Below, one piece after another: positions 30,601 to 37,458 of a stretch of 39,908 nt of DNA. The position numbers and the translations under genes are program-made. Position 1 is the stretch's first letter, and each line of letters starts with the position of its first letter. This DNA is from a virus (lineage: Duplodnaviria > Caudoviricetes): the IMG/VR virus record IMGVR_UViG_3300038673_000134, positions 1-39,908 of that record; one strand, 5' to 3'. The notes under the pieces are model-generated. The model did no database searches and was not told the origin of the DNA. It saw only the letters and a program-made list of their open reading frames with translations.

Positions 30601-33600
30601 TCCGGCACGACTTCGGTCTGAATGTTACCTATGGCCACGTGCGCGGCACAGGCGTGCGCGGGCAGTTCAACCCACGCGATAAGGGCATCAGAAGCCGGAT
30701 CGCAAACGACCTGCCCACCGTGTGCCACGAGTTGGGGCACGCCCTGGACGACCGCTTCTCCATTCTGGGCGACGATCTCACCAAGGAAATGCACGCAGAG
30801 CTGGAAAAGGCCCTGGGCGATCTCTCTGCCGGCTATAAAGAGGATCAGTACGACAGCGAGGGCCTTGCGGAGTTTCTGCGGCAGTTCCTGCAAAACAGAG
30901 AGACGGCCGCCATTGACTACCCGGCATTTACTAAATATCTGTTGGGGAAACTGGACGGGAAAACCCTCGCAACCTTGGAACAGCTTGCAGACGACGTAAA
31001 CGCCTATTATTCCCTGGACGCCGACAGCGCAGAGAGCAGCGTTCGCCTGCGCGAGGAGGGCGGCCCGGATCTTCGGACACATGGAGAGAAGATCCGGCAG
31101 ATGGGCAACGAGTTTTACCAGGCGTGGATCGACGCAAACCACGGCATTAAGCTATTCGACGAAGCCAACGGCAGCAGCGTCTATAAGCTGGCGACCAACA
31201 GCGCATACAGCGACGCCATAGCCGGCCGGATCATCACCAGCGATCTGACGGGTACCGACGGCCAGTACATCGGCCCCGGCCTGAAAACTGTCCTGCACGG
31301 CGTAAACACCCGCAGCAAGAAGGAATACAAGGCCTTTGGCGAATACCTCATTATGAGGCACGGCCCGGAATACCTGGCAGAGGGCAAGCGCGTATTTGCT
31401 GACGACCGAAAGAACAGCACCGCCTGGATGCAGCGCCGGCAGATGGAGCTGGAGCAGCAGTACCCGCAGTTTGAAGCAGCAGCAAAGCGCCTGTACCAGT
31501 TCCTTGCAGATCTCAATAAGGCGTGGGGCGTTGAAACACAGGTGATCGGCGCGGATCAGCTGGCCGAATGGCAGCAGCGCTGGCCCAATTATGTGCCGTT
31601 CAACCGCTCTTTGGCAAAGACCGGCCGTGCCGGAGCGAAGCGAGGCTACGCGAACCAGGCAAGCCCGTATAAGCGGGCAAAGGGCAGCGGCCTTGATATT
31701 GTCCACCCCGTTGATAATATCATTGACCAGATCGTTCTGCTGGTAAACGTGGGCGTTCGGAACAACGTCATGTATGAGCTGCGGAACGCTGCCCTGGATA
31801 AGGGCGCCGACGCCTCCCTGATGGAGAAGATCCCCACGCCGATGGTTCCGAAGTCTTTTGACATGACCGGCGTAAAGGTCCAGCTGGGCGAAGCGTTCAA
31901 GGACAGCGACCTGGAAGCCGACGACAAGATCATGGCCGACAAGATTATATCCAACCTGTCCGACGTGATGCTGCAATTCTCCAGGGGCAAGGCCCACGGG
32001 AACGTCGTCACCGTCATGGTGAACGGCAAGCCGGAGTTCTGGAAGATCAACGATAAGCTGCTGCTGGAGAGCATTACTTCTATGACGCCGGCGAAGCTCC
32101 ACGGCTGGCTGGAAGCCTACGCATTCACCACCCGCTTCATGACTGCCAACATCACCGGCAACAACCCCGTCTGGTCTATCTTCTCCAATGCGCCGCGTGA
32201 CCTTGGTACGTTTGCCGTTTTTTCAAAGGATAAGCGCCCATTCAAGGCCCTGGCAGCCATCGGAAGCGGCTACGTCAATGCTTTCAACGAGCGGTTCAGA
32301 GGCGGCCGAGGAATTAACCCGCTGTACGCAGAATACCTGGCAATGGGCGGCGGGCACACCTCCGCTTACTCTGCGGACGCTGACCTGGCACGAAAGGCAA
32401 GGAAGAAGCTGACGACCACCACCGCGCAGCGCGTCCTGGACACCATGAACCCCGTCAACTGGGTAACGTTCATCAGCGACACCATCGAGCAGGGGCCACG
32501 CTTTGCGACCTACAAGCTCATGCGCCAGGCGGGCCTGTCCCCGCAGGAGGCCTTTTACGAGGCAATGGACGTCACCACCAATTTCCGCCGCGCCGGCTAT
32601 ATGTCCCGCGACGTGAACAAGGCAGTTCCGTTTTTCAACGCCAGCGTGCAGGGCATCGACAAATTCAACAGGTACTTCACTGGCGAGGACGCCCCAAAAG
32701 GAGAACGGGCAAAGACTGTGCGGAACCGCTGGATCGCGTTCTTCACAGCAAGTGCCATCCTGGCAGCCATCATGTACGCGCTGAACAGCCACGACGACGA
32801 GAGCGCAAAGGACTATCAGCAGCTTTCCAATTACACAAAGAACAGCTATTGGTGCATCCCCCTGGGCGACGGAAAGTATTTCACAATTCCAAAGCCGCGT
32901 GAGCTGGCCGTTATGACTTCGTTCTTTGAAACCTGCATGGAAAGCTACATCGGTGGAAACGATCACGCTTTTGACGAGTTCTACGACTACGCAACAGACA
33001 ACTTCCTGCCCAGCGTAGTATCCGACCTGGCGCAGCTTCCCAGCAACATTGCCCAAGCAGGCACACAGCAGGGCCTGATCGACACCACTGCGGGCGCCCT
33101 TGGAAGCGCCGGCCTATTTGGTGTAGGCGCCTATATGGTTGCCAACCGTGACTTCCTGGGCAAACCGATAGAGAGTGCGACCATGCAGTACCTGGAGCCG
33201 AAAGACCGCTACAACAGCAGCACCAGTAAAATGGCCTACTGGATGGGGCAGGCGTTCAATTTAAGCCCGGCAATGGTTGACTACTTCGGGAACCAGGTGC
33301 TTGGCTACGTCTGGAAAGTTCCGAGAGCATTGTTCCCCGTGGGGCAAGACCCGGACTACAGCCTTGGCGTGAAGTCCACCTATTTAAAGGACAACGCCTA
33401 CTCCCAGGATCTTATCAACTGGATGTACGACCAGGCAGACGGATCTGCGCAGGCGAAAAAGAGCGACCCGGAGAACATGGACAAGGCCATTACCGCGAAG
33501 CTCGACAGCAGCATGACCGACTTTTACTCCAACTTCAACACCCTCAATAGAGACAAGGCAGACACCAACGAGCGCCGTCACACACGCCAGGTGGTGCTGG

Positions 33601-34163
33601 ATATGGTGAATGAGTATCGGAAAGCCAGCGAGAGTGGCGAGACCACGGCCGCCCAGGACGCCGTTTACGCCGTCGTCAGAGCTACCGGCGAAACCTCGTA
33701 TATGCCGTCGGTTATGAACACCTACGTCAAGGACGGCAACGACGTGAAGTACGCCCTGACTGACGAACAGTATGTGACCTACCAGACCAAGTACCTGGCC
33801 CTTTACTGGGACTATGCGGAGCGGAACCTTTCCACCGGCATAACCACGAAAGAAAAGGCAGCCATTCTCCAAGCGGCAAAGGACGTTGCCAAAGAGAGAG
33901 CCACAAATACTATGCTGACGCGGATCGGCGCAAGCAACACCGCATACGCGACCGATTACGCCGGCGTGGCAGACAGCGACGTGATCCAGTTTAAGGCCCA
34001 GACCGACCTTGCAAACGACGACGGAAGCCTGAAACAAGAGGAGGTAATCGGTATACTTGAGACAATGATCAGCGAGGGCCTTGGCTACGAGGACGCCTAC
34101 ACCCTGTTCCACTCCCGCTATGACAGCGACAAGAACAACCCCTGGAAGAAATACGCACCGTAA
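21630..34163 (+). CDS. giant DarB-like polyvalent virion protein (J-domain, N6-adenine MTase, SNF2 helicase, second MTase-like domain, zincin metallopeptidase, LPD38-like C-terminus)
   Basis: HPD 23319; LLEPSAGVG ~25430 and GNVPF 25632; HRVGAGKT ~27495 and DEAH 27990; NIDIGGG..FDPYN ~30030-30115; HELGH 30726. Confidence 0.85.
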   Translation: MSFSDWTKKRKQQNASANQDTTKEQSGTQATASVAASSIARDDKPSSFGEWTRKSQGEAAWRDEEVGFNDWLDSLSKFFTRMSDDYSKRDGVYQSADTMGTYLDDTGRGIDALSQKSDAYKQYFTAYKSMYDELYGEDAVNQILSSLDVGSKYLSNVRESLNKESDYWAQFQDQDAYDQYQKYLKWQAVPQASDFAEKSQYKTTYNPDNEHFNAWTGTYTDTGFGDVYYDYINGDETAQSRTMLNDVNAGGPGSLYATTHDYWKDLPEDVVKTFNYIYATEGSEAAYEYIGATIQKTYTGIEALGLGFLQGTGTASLSAALGKAYAGISGDDEAGDRTDDWYNQLLQETAAASTEHPGMATAGQATGTLSLMAGIATGIGAIEGFSSLPAIAQSIISGGASLGGTQAIQGIGGAATGNQSWGDYALDVGTNTLSGAAGGALSSGIGTWGTKFLQGKGLAGNQLARTVVAGLSGTGFVSGSNAVSQPAEYLRDPENYEFDMSQFAEEALVGFAFSAFGYLSRNYTTDPGTAAQMDADDALVNKYFKGMTQEEATAAYRQYAKQYHPDLYASADAATQQAMNATMAEVNAAYARFNVTHGAAAYQAAQEAKASGNTTAYEQAASEFQQSAAALQAAATQGGLATAETAEAAQILNAVASGMAGGMASEAVTGAVPAVTEQPTAPAVQETTTPAPTAQEITTQLVQAGVEPTEAESLGSSMAALMNGEEISGNKAGAIAENEVAVSILENTTGQQINTDAPLSEVKAAIRSLASPAETQEAAPAGVDTALEERAAAAAETAVQPSDIDAVRDFASTLEKAGSKALTTMFNDGQNAADYVQEMMQEYNAGRSGAEFTGGSTHLVINQTQAEAAYLAGQADAHNATETVLQPSEKQGTIKAEKKTFVPAKKADWAAHDVQYFVPGKKTPIAYSTISDRDLLGVLADAHPDATISDLRDYINYGEEAKRIVDAYVANGYGDENANKYFTYDGNKLAAKVGETVKEDTTNGRQAGADRQGVRPSEAGNDGTGSAERRGGGLRDGGGEHSGGEPGAGRGRGAAELGTATEVPVGNERIEAKVREVQSGAEPSGNSSGNDNDVRGDGGTRAPATGEKVGAEAEGDAGRVEPAPLEAVTPEQQSQQKADLANQEQPKGNNFVIQEKGGVKIPTTPKSRYTANVAAIKTLRNIMAGDRLATPAEQEILAKYTGWGGISNAFDGKNGFEKEFAQLQKLLDDGEYKTAKASILDAYFTEPEIIRAMYNGLASLGFTGGRLLEPSAGVGRFIGAMPQDMLSGVRSFTAVELDKITGSIAKYLYPNADVRVQGFEAAKIPQEYMDVAIGNVPFGNIAVADKAYPAAVTKSIHNYFIAKSLDKVRPGGIATFITSTGTMDAENSAARDFFMKQADLIGAIRLPNTAFQSAGTPVVTDILVFKKREAGTPYKGEAFTEVGHKGWTEPGHYGNYAINEYFIKHPEMLLGKAAYGTGQYGRTIVTYDPLDSRYSLQTQIERAFAKIDAKMEYPVQKSGEEIRAEIKADAGKAKPGTIVKKNGKFYKAENGALVETADIAAKDAERMTSVLEIRDTARKLLDAQVNGAGAGEIDIYRKNLNTLYDAFVKEHGILHKQGNQRLVSKDGDSAFIMALEDYNKDTGVGAKAAIFTKNTVAPIQAVTHADSVDQAMTITLNESGTVDLARIAQLTGGTVDSVKSELLNRELAYLNRNGDPEPATQYLSGNVRAKLRDAEALAEADPAYKRNVDALKKVIPADIAPEDVSVRLGATWIPDSVYSQFASEMLGGGTTYDYKRGQVPSVEVTYNRQVGKYFVTINDNWMRSRPENTTEWGTSDRPLVGSENASILPAALNNKTVSVWRTVGDNRVLDIQATQAAQEKMAKVLAEFSRWLWKDAGRRAELGKQYNDTFNNTVTPKYDGSNLTVNGSNPDMKMRPHQLDAVQRIISSGGNTLLAHRVGAGKTYEMAAAAMKLRQLGVVKKPVFIAPNHLVAQWGNEFLSYFPAAKIKVVEKGSLTAKNRKIFANQIATGDFDAVIMSYEQFEAIPMSDTSLEAFYQEQIDSLEQAILESKRAKGKDPSVRDMERSKKSLEAKLKNLVNEGKKDVDNIDFEQLGIDALFVDEAHNFKNLFYTTKMQGVADMGDKSGSQRALDLYMKVRYLQRLNGGRGIVFATATPVMNSVVELYTMQRYLQPDLLEAKGLTNFDAWVNQFGEVTSIRRMKPSGTGYDIKQSLSRYKNMAEMQQMFRAFSDVIVDAEELPYLDIPKMKGGKRIVVECEPGDFQQAFMQQLSERAESLKGSGGTKGGDHIFKIMGDGKMVSYSQHMINPALPYEDEGKIMKCVDNLYQIWKRSATFTGKDGKAQKNGTQLVFCDRGVPGGKDAERGACIYSDMKNLLVGMGVPEEQIAFIHDAASDAAKEELFKKVNDGDVRILIGSSDKMGTGMNVQKRIVALHELNAPDRPGDLEQNEGRALRQKNLNAEVEVYSYVTKRTFDSRQWDTLKRKAIFIHQVMSGNYTGREAAGDGDLATSAAEISAIASDNPLILEQFDISEQINTLENLERAHTKEANEAKQKIVKARAEIAQDEEYLTRYKNDLASRQDTAGDKFKLTLDGKTYDERKTAGEALIGKSKDVLKIGDIENNTDVGSFAGFKLLLTSKGDMLLRGEAQYRGTVNMQSAAGTIQALEAIPKRLDGIVANTQARLSENKASIAKLEKAAAAPFDRADELVKLRAREMEIMTELNPESNRDMGVDDADGGADLLVDTENTADTVSQEISSAKTSIKQIPALFKDKNVKFGKVNIDIGGGKFDLATDYLKSIGTLNLVFDPYNRSEAVNADTLNYLRGGYKADTATCANVLNVIKEPAARANVILETAKAILPNGRVYFMVYEGDGSGVGKETSSGWQNNRKTRDYMDEIRKYFRGVQRQGKLITATEPKGNLPKASWEVSPGKGVLYSKDVTNDGIPHPERWTAKRVGSSDTAPKPVSDIIAQIRHDFGLNVTYGHVRGTGVRGQFNPRDKGIRSRIANDLPTVCHELGHALDDRFSILGDDLTKEMHAELEKALGDLSAGYKEDQYDSEGLAEFLRQFLQNRETAAIDYPAFTKYLLGKLDGKTLATLEQLADDVNAYYSLDADSAESSVRLREEGGPDLRTHGEKIRQMGNEFYQAWIDANHGIKLFDEANGSSVYKLATNSAYSDAIAGRIITSDLTGTDGQYIGPGLKTVLHGVNTRSKKEYKAFGEYLIMRHGPEYLAEGKRVFADDRKNSTAWMQRRQMELEQQYPQFEAAAKRLYQFLADLNKAWGVETQVIGADQLAEWQQRWPNYVPFNRSLAKTGRAGAKRGYANQASPYKRAKGSGLDIVHPVDNIIDQIVLLVNVGVRNNVMYELRNAALDKGADASLMEKIPTPMVPKSFDMTGVKVQLGEAFKDSDLEADDKIMADKIISNLSDVMLQFSRGKAHGNVVTVMVNGKPEFWKINDKLLLESITSMTPAKLHGWLEAYAFTTRFMTANITGNNPVWSIFSNAPRDLGTFAVFSKDKRPFKALAAIGSGYVNAFNERFRGGRGINPLYAEYLAMGGGHTSAYSADADLARKARKKLTTTTAQRVLDTMNPVNWVTFISDTIEQGPRFATYKLMRQAGLSPQEAFYEAMDVTTNFRRAGYMSRDVNKAVPFFNASVQGIDKFNRYFTGEDAPKGERAKTVRNRWIAFFTASAILAAIMYALNSHDDESAKDYQQLSNYTKNSYWCIPLGDGKYFTIPKPRELAVMTSFFETCMESYIGGNDHAFDEFYDYATDNFLPSVVSDLAQLPSNIAQAGTQQGLIDTTAGALGSAGLFGVGAYMVANRDFLGKPIESATMQYLEPKDRYNSSTSKMAYWMGQAFNLSPAMVDYFGNQVLGYVWKVPRALFPVGQDPDYSLGVKSTYLKDNAYSQDLINWMYDQADGSAQAKKSDPENMDKAITAKLDSSMTDFYSNFNTLNRDKADTNERRHTRQVVLDMVNEYRKASESGETTAAQDAVYAVVRATGETSYMPSVMNTYVKDGNDVKYALTDEQYVTYQTKYLALYWDYAERNLSTGITTKEKAAILQAAKDVAKERATNTMLTRIGASNTAYATDYAGVADSDVIQFKAQTDLANDDGSLKQEEVIGILETMISEGLGYEDAYTLFHSRYDSDKNNPWKKYAP
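24282..24310 (+). promoter_or_regulatory. candidate internal sigma70-type promoter inside giant gene
   Basis: TTGCAG-17 bp-TACAAT. Confidence 0.4.
24637..24990 (+). CDS. nested alternative-frame gene (117 aa acidic helical protein)
   Basis: AAGGAGG at 24621-24627, 9 nt before ATG; protein-like composition while the host frame here is G/R/E low-complexity. Confidence 0.6.
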   Translation: MADRQELIDREYDRVKREMMEQGLRSDEAADYAMEAANTLAASLGPDEAEALPSLERQLKYQWEMSESKQKYEKFRVAPNQVETALEMTMMFEGTEEHERQQLVKKWVQKLKETPAE

Positions 34164-34164
34164 A

Positions 34165-34200
34165 AAGAGACCGCCTGGCGCTATGCCCGGCGGTTTTCTT
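34165..34200. terminator. bidirectional intrinsic terminator
   Basis: aagagaccgcc...ggcggttttctt between convergent genes, A-tract before and T-tract after. Confidence 0.75.
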
Positions 34201-34687
34201 ACTCAATATCATAATCGTACATACAGGCATTATACCCCTGTTTCCATCCTTCTTCGCGTCCTTCTTCATACCCCTCATTGTGCCACTCTTCATAGTAGTT
34301 TTCTTGCAAGGAACCTATGGCAGAATAGTACCCATCTGAATATCCAGCTTCCTTTGCGGCGCTGGCAATCCCAAATAGCACTAATGCGGCGGCCACGAAA
34401 GCGCAAATGTACTTTACGTCCCTCCATCCGCTTCCGTCTTTGAAATCTTCAATGAACCCCAAAACAAGGGGGACAATGGTGATCCAAATGAACAGCACCG
34501 CAGTTATCCCACACACAATCAGGAAAAGCAGGTCATTATATTCCGTATACAACGCATACAGAGCGGAACCGATCGTTACAACTAACAGAGCTACCCCGAA
34601 TACCGTTCTTCGTATTGACAGCTCCTTTTGATGCTTGTAATACCACTTCACATAAGGATCGCTTAAATCTCTATCTTTGTTCGCCAT
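34199..34687 (-). CDS. membrane protein (about 3 TM), moron-like
   Basis: only clear minus-strand gene, AT-richer than flanks, RBS GGAGGTG, C-terminal GxxxG repeats. Confidence 0.75.
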   Translation of the reverse strand: MANKDRDLSDPYVKWYYKHQKELSIRRTVFGVALLVVTIGSALYALYTEYNDLLFLIVCGITAVLFIWITIVPLVLGFIEDFKDGSGWRDVKYICAFVAAALVLFGIASAAKEAGYSDGYYSAIGSLQENYYEEWHNEGYEEGREEGWKQGYNACMYDYDIE

Positions 34688-34717
34688 AGTTCACACCTCC
34701 AAAAAATATTCCTGTTT

Positions 34718-34749
34718 TGGGCGAAAAGCCCGCGTTCCTTTGCTATGCT
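34718..34749 (+). promoter_or_regulatory. putative late promoter 3 (upstream of lysis cassette)
   Basis: TGGGCGA-N16-TGCTATGCT. Confidence 0.65.
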
Positions 34750-34774
34750 TTGAAAAGAAAGGCTGGTGTTGGCG

Positions 34775-35092
34775 ATGGGACAGTACATAATTCCGGGAGT
34801 ATTCACGCTCCTGGTTGCCATTATAGAGGCGATTGCCGCAAAGGAGCGTAAGGATACGAAAAAGGAAAACGAGAAAACCGAGCAGCGGGCCGCGCTGCGT
34901 GCCGAGGAAAGCCGGCTGTCAATGCAGATGATGAGTGCAACGCTCCAATTATCCGTCGTGACGGCAAATGCCCTTACCGGCGGGCACAACAACGGCAACG
35001 TGGAAGCGGCCAAGGAAGCTGCTGAGGAGGCCATGACGGAGTACACCGCCTTTATCAATAAGATTGCCTCAAAAGAAGTGTCGAAATTATGA
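34775..35092 (+). CDS. membrane-anchored lysis-region protein (holin-associated)
   Basis: N-terminal hydrophobic helix then coiled coil; first gene of the lysis cassette. Confidence 0.55.
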   Translation: MGQYIIPGVFTLLVAIIEAIAAKERKDTKKENEKTEQRAALRAEESRLSMQMMSATLQLSVVTANALTGGHNNGNVEAAKEAAEEAMTEYTAFINKIASKEVSKL

Positions 35093-35367
35093 GAAATTCG
35101 TCGCGCAAGCGGAAAAAGATCAATCACCTGTTCGCAAAGCTGACCGTGGCCTGGTGCGTAGCCTGGGGCACGGCTTGCAGCGTTTACGCGCTGCGTATCC
35201 TCTCACGGACGGGTAACGACGCCACCGGCCTGCTGGGCGTGATCCTGGCATTTCTGGGCGGGGAGCTGCTTTTCATGTGCCTGCGCACCATTCTTGCGGA
35301 GAAGCCGGACGGCAAGAAGAACGAGACCAAGCCCCAGGAGGGGCAGGAAAATAAACGAGACTGTTAG
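35089..35367 (+). CDS. two-TM membrane protein (holin-like)
   Basis: basic N-terminus, two hydrophobic segments, charged tail. Confidence 0.55.
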   Translation: MRNSSRKRKKINHLFAKLTVAWCVAWGTACSVYALRILSRTGNDATGLLGVILAFLGGELLFMCLRTILAEKPDGKKNETKPQEGQENKRDC

Positions 35368-35379
35368 GAGGAAATTATC

Positions 35380-35817
35380 ATGCAAAAGTACATCGGGACA
35401 AAGGTGATCCAGGCAGAGCCGGCCGAAAGGGACGGCAAGGACGGCTACAAGGTGGTCTATGCGGACGGCTACGAAAGCTGGTCTCCCAAAGACGTGTTCG
35501 AGGGGGCATATCTTCCGTTGACCGTCAATGCAGATCTGAAAACGGACAAGCCCAGCATCAGCCAGAGCATGGTTGACGATTTCATTGCGGAAGTGCATAC
35601 CTCAACTCTCGGAGAGAAATGCACGGTTGTCCGCGCCGTCCTCCGCAACGGCTTTGAGATTGTCGAAAGCAGCGCCTGCGTTAGCGCTGAAAACTACGAC
35701 GAGGCGCTGGGCAAGAAAATCTGCCTGGGCAAGATCAAAGACAAGGTGTGGTTCCTGCTGGGCTTCTTACTCCAGACGGGAGTAAGTGGCGTAAACCGTG
35801 AGCGCCTTATCGGCTGA
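35380..35817 (+). CDS. two-domain protein: YIGTK..GY.V.Y.DGY.SWSPK domain + N4 Gp49/Sf6 gp66-like domain
   Basis: C-terminal TVVRAVLRNGF..VESSACVSAENYDE.LG..IC...I..KVW.LLGFLLQ. Confidence 0.75.
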   Translation: MQKYIGTKVIQAEPAERDGKDGYKVVYADGYESWSPKDVFEGAYLPLTVNADLKTDKPSISQSMVDDFIAEVHTSTLGEKCTVVRAVLRNGFEIVESSACVSAENYDEALGKKICLGKIKDKVWFLLGFLLQTGVSGVNRERLIG

Positions 35818-35831
35818 AAGGAGTATTCTCT

Positions 35832-36146
35832 ATGGACATCACCACCATCATCAACGCTGCCATCATGCTGATCGCTGCGCTGGTCTCCGCTTTTGTGATC
35901 CCCTGGATCAAGAAAAAGGCGGCCGCCTGCGACCTGGAGCAGATGGAGAAGTGGACGAGCATCGCCGTTTCCGCTGCCGAGCAGCTTTTCAAAAGCACCC
36001 AGGCAGAGGAAAAGAAGAAGTACGTTCTCAAATACATGGCTTCCAAGGGATATGACATTAACACGGAGGACGTGGAGAACGCCATCGAAGCCGCTGTGCT
36101 TTCGCTGCACAATGAGCTGTACGGAAGTGAGAGGGTAACAGAATGA
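35832..36146 (+). CDS. holin (LL-H family-like)
   Basis: single N-terminal TM, AV.AAEQ, KKKYV, IEAAV. Confidence 0.8.
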   Translation: MDITTIINAAIMLIAALVSAFVIPWIKKKAAACDLEQMEKWTSIAVSAAEQLFKSTQAEEKKKYVLKYMASKGYDINTEDVENAIEAAVLSLHNELYGSERVTE

Positions 36147-36826
36147 CAGAGCAGCAGATCCGCGAAAACGTCGTGGCTATCGCCAGATCATGGCTTGGCT
36201 GCAAGGAAAGCGACGGAACCCACCAGAAGATTATTGATCTTTACAACTCCCACAAGCCCCTGGCGCGTGGGTATGCCGTCAAGTATGACGACGCCTGGTG
36301 TGCCACCTTCGTATCTGCCGTGTTTATCAAGGCGGGCCTTACGGACATCGCACCGACGGAATGCGGCTGCGAGGCCATGATCAAGCTATACAAGAACCAC
36401 ACTGCCAGCAAGTGGGAGGAAAACGAGGCTATCACGCCGGAGATCGGCGATGTAGTTTTCTACGACTGGCAGGACACCGGTACGGGAGACAACACAGGCG
36501 CGGCCGATCACGTCGGCATCGTGGCTGCCGTTCTGGGAACCTCCCTTATTGTCATTGAAGGCAACTACTCCAACTCAGTCAAGGAGCGGACGCTTTCGTG
36601 CAACGGGAAATACCTGCGCGGCTATGGTAAGCCTGCGTACTCCACGAAAGCGGAGGCTGCCGGCACTGGAGACAATCCCACTGAATGGGCCAAGGAAGCA
36701 ACAGAGTGGTGCAAGGCCCAGGGCATCTTCAACGGCGATGGCCAGGGCAACTACGACTGGCAGAAGCCCATCACCCGCGAGGCCGTGGCGCAGATCATGT
36801 ACAACGCCCTGAAAGATAAACTGTAA
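36143..36826 (+). CDS. endolysin, CHAP domain + SLH-like binding domain
   Basis: WCATFVS, GDVVFYDW, HVGIV, IEGN; WAKEATEW...G..ITREAVA. Confidence 0.88.
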   Translation: MTEQQIRENVVAIARSWLGCKESDGTHQKIIDLYNSHKPLARGYAVKYDDAWCATFVSAVFIKAGLTDIAPTECGCEAMIKLYKNHTASKWEENEAITPEIGDVVFYDWQDTGTGDNTGAADHVGIVAAVLGTSLIVIEGNYSNSVKERTLSCNGKYLRGYGKPAYSTKAEAAGTGDNPTEWAKEATEWCKAQGIFNGDGQGNYDWQKPITREAVAQIMYNALKDKL

Positions 36827-36878
36827 TTGTTTTTTTTAGTATATCACGGCTTCGTAATGTTTTCAACCGCATATAAAC

Positions 36879-36912
36879 AAGAAAGAGGCGCCCAGGCGGG
36901 CGCCTCTTTCTT
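36879..36912. terminator. intrinsic terminator after lysis cassette
   Basis: perfect 15-bp stem aagaaagaggcgccc-aggc-gggcgcctctttctt. Confidence 0.85.
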
Positions 36913-36959
36913 CTATATTTTGTGGCTGCTGCTGACCTGGTATCACAAGGTTTACCGTA

Positions 36960-36989
36960 TTGACGAAGCCCGAAACATTATTATAAAAT
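36960..36989 (+). promoter_or_regulatory. sigma70-type promoter for the transposase gene
   Basis: TTGACG then TATAAA/TAAAAT at 16/18 bp spacing. Confidence 0.6.
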
Positions 36990-37014
36990 TAAGGCAACGA
37001 AAGGGGGCCTCGCT

Positions 37015-37413
37015 ATGCCGAGACTTACATGGAACGATAAGCTGACGATAGAGAAAATGCTAAAGCAGGGCTGCAAGGCGCCGGCTATCGCCCGGAAGAT
37101 CGGCGTAAGCGACCAGGCGATCTATGACGAGATCAAGCGCGGCCGCGTGGAGGTTCTCGACAGCGAGCTGCGCCCAGGTGAGACGCGCACCATCGTTTAC
37201 TACTGCCACCCGCGCTATCCTGGCGAGAGGGGAAGCAACGAGAAGCAGAATCAAATGATCCGCTGGTTCTTCCCGAAAGGGACGGACTTCACCCATGTTA
37301 CCAACCGTGCCGTTAAAAAGGTGATCGACTGGATCAACAACTACCCGCGCTTGCTTCTGGACTGGCACACGAGTAACGACCTATTCTCCGTTTTTCTTGC
37401 AAGCGTCGCCTGA
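37015..37413 (+). pseudogene. IS30-family transposase with in-frame internal deletion (132 aa)
   Basis: N-terminal HTH (IARKIGVS..AIYDEIKRG) joined directly to IS30 C-terminus (YYCHP..PGERGSNE..N..IR.FFPKGTDF...INNYPR). Confidence 0.8.
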
Positions 37414-37458
37414 CTTTTCGCAGGTTTCACGGGGAACACAAAAAATATTTTCAAAAAA

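Noticed and set aside
6182-34112. Many long minus-strand ORFs (e.g. 6182-7531, 25029-26621, 27894-29348)
   Set aside because: Antisense shadows of GC-rich, codon-biased + strand genes; no RBS or recognisable motifs.
17000-34163. Second DGR target elsewhere in the genome
   Set aside because: No further TR-like sequence noticed by eye; a BLASTn of TR with short word size would be needed to exclude it.
36827-37045. 72-aa ORF after endolysin
   Set aside because: Spans a terminator and promoter, TTG start without RBS.
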